From Felis catus (Eukaryota), in assembly GCF_018350175.1 (NCBI RefSeq), contig NC_058368.1, forward strand, positions 29,762,001-29,826,000: a DNA stretch of 64,000 bases, given 5' to 3'. Under the pieces are notes generated by a model. It had not been told where the DNA came from and did not search any database. It saw nothing but the letters and a program-made list of their open reading frames with translations. The translations under genes and the position numbers were made by a program. Below, one piece after another: positions 13,186 through 25,094 of this stretch; position 1 is the first letter of the stretch, and each line of letters begins with the position of its first letter.

Positions 13186-15916
13186 GAGAACCACGACTTT
13201 AACTCTTTACCTCTTAAGAGTCACCTCAAGCTCATCCGGAATCCTTTATGTCCAGACCTAGTAGATTGAGAGCCAGTCCCCACTCTGGTCTACCAGAAGG
13301 CCACAATCTGAATTTTCCTTTTCTATGTCTTCCTTAGATGTTTGGTGCTTGAAAAGATAAGGTCCTTCAAAATAAACAGAGACCATGTCTAGTGCCAGGA
13401 GCTTGGCCATGCTAGTCTGGCTGTGAATGTCATAAAGCTGATATTTATAAAGAGATGCCTGCATATAGAGTCGGGGAGATGGCTCATTCTCTGCTGTCAG
13501 AGGCGTCTTGGAACTCCCCCAGATCCTGGCCTAGTCCCAAGTCTGACGTAGCATAAACCCTGCTCTGTAAGGGTTGTTCTTCTCACTCCTCTACGTAACT
13601 GGCTGGACGGTGTCGCTGACTCTAAGGTACTCCCTGGAGGAGAGATGGGCTGGCCAGAGACATTATCCATGTATCCCAGACACTCATATGCTTCTCTCTG
13701 ACCCGGGAACCTATATGCTCATGTCTTTAGGCTGTGATTATGTTCACCACTCACATGTTGATATTTATCCTGCCCAAAGCAGCGCTCAGTTAGGGATAAG
13801 AAATGAGGGTGGGGGGATGGTGGGACAGTAGTAATATTGTGGGATAAAGACCTGTGGAAGCCCTGGGCAAGCTAAGAAATGAAGTGATCTTTCAAAGCCA
13901 TACTCTTTTGTTGCGGTTAAAAAACCCAGCAACAACCAAAACAAGGACTCATCTGTCTAACCAATGGAAATTGACAAATGTTAATGTTTTGTCATGTTCA
14001 TTGCAGATCTATTTAAATAAAAGAAATAAAACATCACAAACAAGATTTAGGTCCCCTAAGCCTCTATCCTTTAAATATTCATTGAACATTTGTTTTGAAA
14101 AACGGCTGTGAGAAAAGGCAGAGGATAATCACCCTCTCTTCCTCCCAGTGGTTCAACTTGCTCCAGACGCGCCTGCCCCATTCAGCAAAGAAAAAAACAA
14201 CAACATTAACTGACAATTAATGACCTTCCTTGGAAGGCCGGTCAGCAGCTGATCTCCCCCCCTCCCCATCTCAATATGCCAACCACATGCAGTTCTCTTT
14301 TTCAGAGGCGTTCTGGAAACTAGTTGTGGATCGTTGCATTTCGTGGGGATTTTGATGATGTTTCCTATAAACTGGCTGTCTGTGCACTGCTCGGGCCTGT
14401 CCATTCGTCCTTGTCTGGCTGGAGTTATGTGAGCCCACATGGATGACTTGGTCAAGCAAATTGGTAGTTGTCTGTGTCCTAGTCAGGAGTAAGAGAGAAC
14501 ACAAACAACCCACTCTTGCTCTTTTTTCTTCCCACATCTCCACAGCTACAGTAAATCAGATTGCCTGACATTTTTTTTTTAAAGCTGCATCTGAATCTCA
14601 TGCCCTCAGACTAGAGATTTCCGTTATATCACTCAGCGCATGGCAAGAGCCATGGGCTTCTCTGATTAGTGAAGCTGAAGAGCAGAAATGAATCACAGCC
14701 CCTTTGTATTCTAGCGCATGGGTCTGGGATGAGTGAATGCAGGAGGCTGGCCAAAACACAACCCCAGTGACTCAATTCTTAAATGATTGAAAATGAACAT
14801 AAGCTTGGGACTTAGGTTGAATAAATATCTCCATTTAATAAGCATCGAAGAGAGGGTTGAGGTGGCAGGACGAAGGAAGGGAGAGGGAGGACACCTGCTT
14901 CTGATAATCTTGCTCGGTTTCCCTTTCTGTAAGATGGGGCCACTTATCATGATCAGTGACAGAGGGCTGTCATTGTGAGCAGTATATTTTAAAAAGTGTC
15001 TTGAGAAATACCTTACAACAAATCAAAGACAATTTCGCAGGGACAAGAGTTGGGTTTTATGCCATAAAAGGAGAAAATTATAGACCTGGTCTTTCAGATC
15101 AGCTAAGTACCCAACCAGGAAAACAGGAATTATTCTGGCTTTTCTTAGAAAACTGGAAGGAATTTAGGGGCTCTTACAAGATGAATGGAATAAAAGCTAG
15201 AGTGCTAAGCTTTCTACCATTTGAGAATCAGGTAGAGCAGGACAGGACACTGAGAATACCTGGAGAGAAGAAGAAAGGCCATAACAGGAATTTGCATAAA
15301 CTAGTAACTAGTAAGCTTGGGAGGAAACGCAAAGGCTACCTTATTTGACCCCCAAATCAGAACTCCTCACCCCTTATTCCATCAGCTCATTGTCTTACCT
15401 TTGCTTGAAAGTTTCCAGTGACAGGGAATCACCACCTCTTGAGGTAACCCATCCTAGTTTTGAGTATCATGCATTGTTATAGATTGTTTACCAAATCTCC
15501 CCCATGAAACGTTACTGCACTGAGTACCCTCAACCCCCACTCCTTCCCCTTCAGACATGCCCCAGGTCCCTGACAAGTTGTACCACTTAGAGCTGTGCAC
15601 AGCACTTCAGCAGGAACCTCATCATTTGTGAGCAGCATGGAGTGGACATCAATAGACTTTTTCAGGCCCCCTTTAACCTCTCCCAACACCTCTCACCTGT
15701 GTGCTGTGGGAGCGGAGAGGTGAGGGGAGGAGAGGATAGAGGCAAGGCACATAGTGTAGATAATGTCTTGGTAGATGGGGCAGGATCCTGCCTTTTTAGC
15801 TCCAAGTTTCGCACTTAACACTTCACCTTGTCTCTACTTGGGGGTTTTCTGTTTGTTCTGGTGTCTGTGACAAGCATACAGTTAAATATTCTGGAGACAC
15901 TGCATAATCTCCATAG

Positions 15917-16312
15917 TGCAATGTTTCTCAAAGAGTGGTCCTTGGACCAGCAGCAGCAGCATCACCAGGCAACCTGTTAGAAATGCACATTATAGGACCT
16001 CACCCCAAACCTATTGTATCAGAAGCTCTGTGTCTTTTTTTTTTAATTTTTTTAACGTTTTATTTATTTTTGAGACAGAGAGAGACAGAGCATGAACGGG
16101 GGAGGGGCAGAGAGAGAGGGAGACACAGAATCGGAAGCAGGCTCCAGGCTCTGAGCCATCAGCCCAGAGCCCGACGCGGGGCTCAAACTCACGGACCTCG
16201 AGATCGTGACCTGAGCTGAAGTCGGACGCTTAACCGACTGAGCCACCCAGGTGCCCCTGGCACTCTGTGTCTTAACAAGTCCTCTAGGTGATTCTGATTT
16301 GGGAAGCGCTGC
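15917..16312. mobile_element. MER5A-type hAT MITE split by a SINE
   Basis: TTTCTCAAAGAGTGGTCC...CAGCAGCATCACC...TGTTAGAAATGCA...TTAACAAGTCCTCTAGGTGATTCTGAT. Confidence 0.8.
16037..16258 (-). mobile_element. Young felid CanSINE inside MER5A
   Basis: Near-consensus CpG-rich copy; CTCTGTGTCTT at 16026-16036 and 16263-16273. Confidence 0.95.
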
Positions 16313-18237
16313 TAAAGTCAATGCTCTTGGTGCCCCACCCACAAGTACCTGTGGAGCCCGTGCACTCCTTCCTGGCTGCTGTGAGCTGCTGAAGACTTAT
16401 GATGGCTTCCTTCCCAGGAAAGCTTTTTTCTCCTGCCCTCTCGTGCTGGCTTCCCTCCCTTTCTCCTGAGAGAACTTTTTCAATAAGTGATTTTTAGGAG
16501 AATCTCCATCTCAGGCTGTGCTGCTCAGGAATAGTCACCCAAAGTTAAGCAAGGAATTGAAAGATTTATGAAGATACTTAAGAGGTCCATATGGGTACCT
16601 GAAAAAAAAATCTAGATAATGTTGTAGAATGGGACATTTACTAGTTTTGTATGTAGATATAGTTTGGGAGATGCCCCACCATGCTTTGGGAGGAATGCCA
16701 GAGACAGAATGGTGACACTGAATTTCTTCAGCACGAGAGGATGGCAGACACAGCCCTTAGCATTCTTGCTGCATTTCAGCATCATTAGTTCATTCTCAGA
16801 CCTGCAGTGAGGTTGGTGATTAAGGGCTCTTGGCTGATAAGTAGAATGAATCACAAGGAGGTTCAGTGATGGCTGAAAGTCAGTCACCGAATAAAATTGA
16901 GATTCCATTTCCACCCACTCACCCACTACTGCCAACAGCCCAGTTCTTTCTCCGATGATCTAGTGACATTCATCAGAAGGAAATCTTCACTCCTCAGCAG
17001 CTATTCTCCTAGAACTGATAGGAGAAAAATTAGCAAAATGGACAAAGTCTCAATAAGAGAAGAGACTAATAGCCAACATTTAACATAGAAAACAACTAGA
17101 TGCTTTCATCAACTGCATGGTTTGCTTGTGTTTGCCTAGAATGAAAGATAGATTTGACAATTATTTGTATTGGGGCCATGTTGCTTCAGATACTGAAATA
17201 CTGAAATGGACTAGATCACATCAAATCTCCAGAAAAATGATGCCCACACACTTCTGTGAGTGGCTTGAGTTGGGTCTAAGAGGTGCTGCTGCATTGGGAC
17301 TTGAAGATGGGGGAAGGGTTGATCTTCAATAGGTAAGGTGGCTTCTATGTGGACAGGGCTGATGCTATTCTGTGGTCTTCTGGAACTCCTGCCATCACTA
17401 GACCGGCTGGGGTGGATGAGATCCTGAATCTGTTGGTCATGTCTGATTTGGAGGCATATTTAGCATAGACCCCCTGTGGGGAGGTATGTTGACTTGTAGA
17501 TGCAGAGTCTCTTGGCTGTGGTGTGTAACCATGACCTTTTGTGCTTGGCTCAGTAAATCATTTCATTCAGCAAGTGGTTTTATTGAATCCTGATTATGTA
17601 CCAGCCAGGTGCTGGGGATAGAGAGATGAAAGACACAGTCCTTGATTTCATGGGCCGCCGGGGGAGAGAGAGAGATGGAGCAGTGATCACCCTCAGTTTG
17701 GTAAGCGCTAAGGAAGCACATAGGAGGTGTGCCCTGCCTGGTCTGGCTGGTGGCTGGGAGAGGAGGTGAAGTGATTCTTGAACAGTCTTGAAGGGTGAGA
17801 AGAAAGGATCATAGGAGAGGAAGATGGGGAGAGGGAGAGGAAATAGAATGCTAGCCCTGGCTGAAGGGCCAGCATGAAGGCCCTTCGTGAAACCTACGTA
17901 GATCCTTGTGGCTGAAGCTCCTGGTGTGCATAGCGGGTGGGCTGGCGGGGAGGAAGGGACAGCAGCAGGACCCAGTCTGGGGAGGGAGGGCGGGGGGGGG
18001 GGGTGGTGGTGGCAAGAGCATGAAGGGTCTGGGATGTCACCGACAGCACTTCCTAAAGGTGGTGGGAGTCATGTGGGTATTAATCAGCAGAGTGACTGAG
18101 ATCAGATGTTTAGAAAAAGTCTTTATGGCGGCAGTGTGGAGGCTGGAGTGGAAGGGGACAGGCAGAGCAGGTAGCGTTGTGCTGGAACCCAGGAAAGACA
18201 CCATAAGAGTTTGAATAAGGCAGTATTTTTAAAACAA

Positions 18238-18441
18238 TTTTTTTAATGTTTATTTTTGAGAGACAGAGAGACAGAGCACAAGTAGGGGAGGGGCAGAGAA
18301 GGAGGGAGACACAGAATCCCAAGGCTCCAGGCTCTGAGTTGTCAGCACAGAACCCCTAGTGGGGTTCGAACTCATGAACTGTGAGATCATGACTTGAACT
18401 GGAGTTGGATGCTTAGCTGACTGAGCCACCCAGGCACCCCC
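18238..18441 (-). mobile_element. CanSINE (first of tandem pair)
   Basis: Minus-strand head/body/tail. Confidence 0.9.
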
Positions 18442-18445
18442 CACC

Positions 18446-18470
18446 TTTTTTTAATGTTTATTTTATTTTT

Positions 18471-18517
<47 letters not shown>

Positions 18518-18677
18518 AGTAGGGGAGGTACAGAGAGAGAGGGAGACAGAGGATCTGAAGCAGGTTTGTGACCACAGCAGACAGCCTAATGTAGGACTAC
18601 AACTCACTTATGAACCTGCAAGATCATGACCTGAGCTGAAGTCAGATGCTTAACCAACTGAGCCACCCAGGAGCCCC
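18446..18677 (-). mobile_element. CanSINE (second of tandem pair)
   Basis: Minus-strand head/body/tail with (GA)n. Confidence 0.88.
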
Positions 18678-18744
18678 AAGTATTTCTTATTCTGTATTAG
18701 ACAGATGTCCATTTTAATCTCAAGCTCCCCCCCCCACCCCCAAT

Positions 18745-18900
18745 TAGCTGTGTGACCTACGGCAAGTTACCTTACCTCTCCAAGTCTTGCTTTTTCCCAT
18801 ATGTATGGTCTAATGAGGCCTTACCTTGCAAAGCTGTGAGGATTGCATGTAAAGTGCTTGGTGCAGTGTGTAGAGCACAGTGATCACTAAAAAATGGTAT
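18745..18900 (+). mobile_element. MIR SINE
   Basis: TAGCTGTGTGACCTACGGCAAGTTACCTTACCTCTC...TGTGAGGATT. Confidence 0.7.
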
Positions 18901-18934
18901 CTTTATTCTTGTTTTTGTGCAGCCATCCTAATTT

Positions 18935-19420
18935 AGATAGTCTCCCTAAAAGCAGGCACTGAGGCAAGGACTCGGGTGCAAGAAATTTGTTTGGGAAGTG
19001 ATCCTAGAAAGCACTGAGGAAAGTGAGGTAGGGAAACACCAATGAGCGGGGGTATTGCTGGGTGCCTTGCTGCTGTGGGCAAGTGGGGCTCAAATTCACT
19101 TGGGATTCTAAGGAGAACTGTGTAGAACATAACTCAAAACTGCCCCTCCAAGAGACAGGGAAGCTGGGGTGTTTGTCCACCAAACGCATCCCTAATTGGC
19201 TGAAGGTTGCCTCTGCAGGTCTTAAATCCCCCGTCCTTCCAGACTGCTCTGTGCACAGGCTGAATAAACTTGTGTGGCCCTACCAGTGTTGGGGCCTCAA
19301 GCAAGTCTCGAGCAGCAGAGACAGACGTGATGATGGAGACTATCACAGATGCAACCCGAAGCAGCCTCTGAAGCTGAGGTGGACTTCAGAGTGGGAAGTT
19401 GGGCAGAGCATTAGATCTCC
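18935..19420. mobile_element. ERVL-type solo LTR remnant (LTR16/LTR33-like)
   Basis: AAGCAGGCACTGAGGCAAGGACTCGGGTGCAAG...TTTGGGAAGTGATCC is typical of these old LTRs; recognition only. Confidence 0.5.
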
Positions 19421-19456
19421 TGCGTGGAGTGAAGGAACACTTAAAAAGATAGTAGA

Positions 19457-19630
19457 GGGGCGCCTGGGTGGCTCAGTCGGTTAAGCCACCCACACTTGAT
19501 CTCAGCTCAGGTCATGTAGAGCCTGCTTGGGATTCTCTCTTTCCCCCTCTCTCTGCCCCTTTCTGCTCACTCACTCTCTCTCTCTTTCTCTCTCACTCTC
19601 TCTCAAAATAAAAAAGTAAACTTAAAAAAA
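19457..19630 (+). mobile_element. CanSINE with internal deletion
   Basis: GGGGCGCCTGGGTGGCTCAGTCGGTTAAG head, (CT)n and A tail. Confidence 0.88.
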
Positions 19631-21481
19631 TATTTAGAAAATAGAACCAACGGATCTTGATTGAGCGGAAGAAAGAAATAGGGTGGAGTCTTAAAATGGT
19701 GTGTATTTTGGGTTTGGTCTATAAACTGTGGTCCCATTCATTGGGTTTAGAACAATTGCCAGAGAGGTAGTTTGGGGGATGATGGTGGTAAGGAAAGGGG
19801 GTGATTTCCATTTGGACACAATGAGTCCAAAGTGTCCATCATATAACCAAGTGTCACAGTGGGTGGGCAAAATGGAATTTCCCTGATTCACCTTAAACTA
19901 TGTGGATTTTACTCTGACATGTTGAAATTTCTTTTACAAGTTTCGTGGGAGCAAATCCTGTACTCGGATAATGAGTGAAGACTTTTTCCCCCTGGTAAAA
20001 GGGCACATTTAATCTGGCATTTTAACTGATGCCTTTTAAAACAGCCTGGTGTCTCTTTTTACCTGCTGTTCACTCATTAGGTGACTTTGAACTTGTTGGT
20101 GAATTCCATTGCAGATTATTTTCCTCTGAAGAAAGGGAATAATAAATACTCTCTTGAGTTATTGCATAGCTGTTGAAAACTAGACAGCATTTTCAAAGCC
20201 CTTCTGAGTTGTTGCAAAGCACAGTGCTCCATTGAGTATTGTATTACTTTGCTTCAGTTTGCTTTTAAAACTTAGAGCATTCCAATTATCCCGTTGTTAC
20301 TGAATTCAATACGAAAGTGAATATGCTTGTTTTCTAAAATGGAATTTTTAGAGGATAAAACCTTATGTGTGCCAAGTGAGATAAGCCAGATAGTTAGCTA
20401 ATTATGGCATGGAACTCATCCTGATTGTATATATATTTTCTCTCCATGTGCATATATATTTGTATTGAAGATATGCATCCTGTTTTCACTCTATTTCAGA
20501 ATGCATTTTTCAATAGATGTTGAAACCACTTACATTTTAATTTTCTGAAGTGGTTTCTTTGATGGATATTTTATTATAGGAAGTGTAGGACATCCAAGTC
20601 AATGGGGCCAGATATAAAAATATGAAACTGGGAAAGTCTGGCTTGAGCTTTCTCTTTCAAGGTGACTCTCCCACTTCCCCAAGGACTTTCCCATGTCCCA
20701 GTGCTCACTGCCAAGGTGCCTAAGGGTTGTTGGCCTCCAGCTCGAGAGAGGTGTTTGTGATAGCATCACAGATCTCTAAGGTTTGTGAGCTGGCCTGTGA
20801 TGTTTACTTTAGCTGCACTTGTTTGTAGAGTGTTGAGTATACACAAGGCTCTGAATGACATACTGAAAGAGGAAAAAGTGAAGAAAGCAAACTGATTGCG
20901 AAACAAGGCCAGACAGCCCGAGTCTGTGTTCTCTTCCCTAGTGGTGGGACTGGGCTGATAGTTACTATAGAGATTGGCTTTCAAGGAAGGCAAGATAGAA
21001 CGAAGCAATTATTACCATGGGCTGGGCATTGTCCTAAGTATTCGGCATTTAGAGCTGTTCATTTAATTTAATAAGTAATATATTTTCTTAGAAATGTACA
21101 CAAAAGTCAACATTTCTAGAGAAAAGCATGAAGCCTCTTGCACTTAACTCCCATTTCTCTGAGAGCTCCTGCTGCTGGCCCTTAGAACTCCCCTCCAACT
21201 CCCCCCACCCCTGCCTTTTTTTTTTTTTTTTTTGGTTTAAACAAACAATTTTATGGACTGAATTGTATGTTTGATTTTTTTTTTTTAAGTTCTAAGCAAA
21301 ACTAAGGTCTCTTAATGGTCATTTCTCTAAGGGAAAAATATGATGGTGAAGTCATAGCGGTTTTGACAACTGGTTTTTTGGATTAATGAAATAGTTTTCA
21401 TGGTACAAAATAAAATAATGACAATGACAGTATTTTACTTTGGAAGGATAAAAACAGGCAAACACATTCAGAGATTGAATG

Positions 21482-21482
<1 letters not shown>

Positions 21483-21556
<74 letters not shown>

Positions 21557-21750
21557 TCATTTTTGAGAGAGAGACAGACAGACCACAAGTGGAGGAGGGG
21601 CAGAGACAGAGGGAGGCACAGAATCTGAAGCAGGTTCCAGGCTCCGAGTTGTCAGCACAGAACCGGAGGCAGGGCTTGAACCCACCAAAGGTGAGCTCAT
21701 GACCTGAACTGAAGTCGGCCGCTTAACTGACTGAGGCACCCAGGCACCCC
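21483..21750 (-). mobile_element. CanSINE whose tail has become a (TTTC)n microsatellite
   Basis: (TTTC)n at 21483-21558; degenerate TSD AGAGATTGAATG / AGAGATCGGATG. Confidence 0.9.
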
Positions 21751-22309
21751 AGAGATCGGATGTTTTTAGATGGCAATGTGGGATTATTGGTCCTTCGGCT
21801 CTGCATTTGATGGGACTGGCTCAAGAATAAAGATGTAGATGTTGAAATGGGAGTTCTGGCTAGGGCTCTCTCTGCTGGCGCCTGGTCATCGTGGCTCTGG
21901 AGCTGTCTGGTAACCTAGCCACATCTGATGCTTTCTTTTAGAACGTGATGTCTGGGCAGTCTGAACTTGTCAGGCACATGCTCAGCTCAGTTGCATGAAG
22001 AAACCGCTGAACTTTGTGCAGGCCTTGGGTGGCGAAGCACTTGTGTGTGACCACCCTGCTGTTCGGCTTGGAGCCACCACTGGTTTCAATTATGACTTCA
22101 ACAGGCAGCTTTGAGGGCTCCTCTATTCATTACAGTGCCTCACACTCTGTAATTAGTAATAAGGGAACACAGGCACTTCACAAATATAAAGAGCTAAACA
22201 ATAATCAGGCGGTAAAGGCAATGCATTAGGACTTTTCCACCTCTTTGTTTCTTTCAAGATAAAAAAAAAAACAAGCCTCTTGTTGCTTCATTTTATTTTC
22301 TTGCCTTGA

Positions 22310-22540
22310 ATAATCTGGGTTTGAATCTCATTCTGGGCACTGATTAGCTGTGTGACTTTGGGCATTTTACCTAACCTTGCTGTGCCCCAGTTTCCTTATC
22401 TGTAAATGGAGATAATGATAGTTCCCATCTCATGCGGGGTAGTTTGAGGATTAAATGAGATAATTCATGCAGATGCTTTGTAAGGAGCTCTGCTCATTTT
22501 AAAGCTTGTTCAGTAAATGCTAGCGCTTATTGTTATCATT
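22310..22540 (+). mobile_element. MIR SINE
   Basis: TAGCTGTGTGACTTTGGGCA...CAGTTTCCTTATCTGTAAATGGAGATAAT...GAGGATTAAATGAGATAAT. Confidence 0.85.
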
Positions 22541-23239
22541 TTAATTTCCAGTGAAATGAATGCATTAAATATAAGAAATAGACATAGGTCTTTTAGAGTG
22601 GCTTTTTAAAAACCTTCCATAACAAACATCAAGTACATGCAAACACACAAATAGATCAGTATCATTACCCTCCTCCATCCCCACATGTACCCATGCTAGC
22701 AGTGGCAATGATCCATATTTTATCAGTCTTGTTTCATGTAGCCCCATGTTTCCTTCTAGAATATTTTAAAGCAAATCCCAAGTACCATGTCATTTCACCC
22801 GTACATTTGAGTGTCTTTTTGCTATTAACACCCTATATGCTAAGGGCTCCTTGAGATTAGGTCTTCTTAACCTCGAACTCCAGCTCTTAGAGGAGTTACT
22901 GCAGTTAGTAAAAACTCAACAGATGTTTAATTAGTGAATGAACAGCCCAAACAGCTTTCTCTACTTTTTGTAGATGCACCATAAATATCTGTTGAGTGAA
23001 TAAATGAGGAAAAGGATTTTATAGAGTGCCTGATGTAAATGGAGTTGTGCATGATTTACAAAATAAAGTATTTTTAATACTCAGATGAGACTTTCCAATA
23101 CTTGGAAATTTAATATTGCTGTGAATATTAATAATGCCCAAATAATTAGCACTTGAAAGAAGGTTTAATTCTGGCTCTTAGATTATTTGTGAATGTCTAA
23201 CTGTAGGCAACTTCATGAAAAGCAATTAGCAGATTCTTC

Positions 23240-23818
23240 AAACACATGACAAATCCTTTATTACTGTGCTTATAAGTGACACGGTTTACAGAAAACCAAA
23301 TGTAATTAAGTAACATTGAACTTGAAATCTACCACAGACTCAAGATATACAAGGTATACTTGGCAAGGCAAAAATTCTCAAACACTAGGTTGTTTCAGTT
23401 GAAAGGTAAATTTCCATTAAGTAATTCCCATTTTTTTTTTGTCTTACAGACAGTTCCTTTGGCAATAACTTCCACTTTAGCTTTTATTATATAAAAATAT
23501 AACAAAATTTCATTATATACAAACATTACATTACACAATGTACAGGTTAAAAACACTAAGAAAATGGCAAGCTGCAAGTGAAATTAAAGTCAATAGCATG
23601 ATAAGAAAAATTAAATACTGCACACATTTCATAAAAATTACATTAACTACATTTTTGTTTGCAAATACCAAACAGTACCAATGTGATTGGAAATAGCTTC
23701 CAACAACTTCATTTTAAGGCACATCTTGCATATTTATATATACAACACTGAAACCTGTCAATAATTTAGGGGCTTCTCGGAGTGACCTGTATATGTTGTG
23801 AAGACATGCAGCATGGGA
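23240..23818 (-). other. PCDH8: PCDH8 3' UTR (end approximate)
   Basis: AT-rich, repeat-free sequence between the stop codon and AATAAA at 23262-23257. Confidence 0.7.
23257..23262 (-). terminator. Polyadenylation signal AATAAA of PCDH8
   Basis: TTTATT on the + strand about 560 nt after the stop, followed on the minus strand by GU-rich sequence. A second AATAAA at 23488-23483 is a possible proximal site. Confidence 0.65.
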
Positions 23819-24192
23819 TTACACATTTTCATTGGCTTCCTTCTTTGGGGACAGGTACCTGCCAGGGGGGGACTGATAGAGGGGTACCCCAATCTCCTGC
23901 AAGTCTGGGAGCCTCCCCGGGCGGGGAGGGGAGAGCAGAGTGACTGTCCTGTCATAGTCCCTGTGTAGCACTTTCTCATAGACGCTCTGCAGCCCCACTG
24001 TCTTGGGCAGCTGGGCCTGGTAGTAATTGTCCCTGCGCAGAGGATCACGAGGCAGGGACGTGCTCTTACAGAAGGTAGACATCTGGGCCGGTGGGTGAGG
24101 CGGGGGATGTGTGTTGGGCCCTCCGCATGATGGGCTCCAGCAGCGGTCAGAGTGGCCCAGGATCTTACACTCAGCGGTGCACGCCCACAGTC
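23819..24192 (-). CDS. PCDH8: Protocadherin-8 coding exon 3 with CM2 motif and stop codon
   Basis: Pyrimidine tract then TGTTAG|GA. Reads (G)[42 protein letters not shown]...[11 protein letters not shown] at 23821-23819. Spliced CDS is 2634+208+374 = 3216 nt = 1071 aa plus stop. Confidence 0.95.
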
Positions 24193-24680
24193 CTAACAGA
24201 AAAGAGAAAGGGAGAGAGGGTGATGATTGTTACTGAGATTGCATACAGCTACGCCTCCCTCTTCAGAATGTCAGACGGGGTCAGGGTGGCTGAAAAGAAG
24301 AGTATGGGGGTGAACGCGACGATTCAAGATTCGAAAGAAATACTGCTTCCTATGAAGCCACCTTAACACGAAGTTGGTTCAGCTTTTTTGGCTGGAAGCA
24401 AATTAAAAACCTGATAAGCAGAATTCCCCTCCTCAGGGAGCTAGCGTCACCCCTGCCTCCGCCTAACCGGATGGGATTGTGTTCTTTATTTAAGTGGTGG
24501 AGCTGCCTCGACGAGGCATTTTGAAATTCTTCTCTCTGAGGAAGGGTGGGATCCCAAACCCCGAGGACTGAAAAAAGTGGGGAAGGAGGAGGAGGGCTGG
24601 GGGAACGGAGAGTGAGAGGAGGGCAGAAGGGGGCGGGGAGAGAAGGAACGTTGAACTTGGCAGGAAAGAAGAGTCCTCAC

Positions 24681-24888
24681 CACTCTGCATGTGGTTGATG
24701 AGATCCTTTTTCAGAGCGTCCCCGCTGATGTCGGAATCGCTGTCGTTGAAATCACTGTCCCCTTTGCCGCTGTCTTTGCCGCTGAACTTCTCAGCTTCTC
24801 GGCCGGAGATGGTATTGAAAGAGTGTCCTTTCCAGACCGCCACAGGGGGCGCCGGCTCCTTTCCGAAGCCGGGAGAGGCACCGTAGGG
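24681..24888 (-). CDS. PCDH8: Protocadherin-8 coding exon 2 (208 nt) with conserved motif CM1
   Basis: Acceptor CTGCAG|CCC; encodes [69 protein letters not shown]; donor G|GTGAGG, phase 1. Confidence 0.95.
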
Positions 24889-25094
24889 CTGCAGCAGGGA
24901 ATGGGAGTAGCGGGGCGGGGGTGGGATGGAGGGAGGGAGCGGTGAGGATTGGACAAGAAACAAACAAACAAACAAAAAAAACAAGTGTGACAGGTTAGAC
25001 CTCTCCGGCGCAAGCACACCCAGAACCCTCCATCCCTTCCCCCAGCCTGTCCGCGGAGCACGGAGGGGGGCGCCCAGCCGAAGGAAGGCCTCAC

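Noticed and set aside
1..23200. Neighbouring genes or miRNA expected from human synteny (CNMD, MIR759)
   Set aside because: No exon or mature miRNA sequence I could recognise; probably outside the window.
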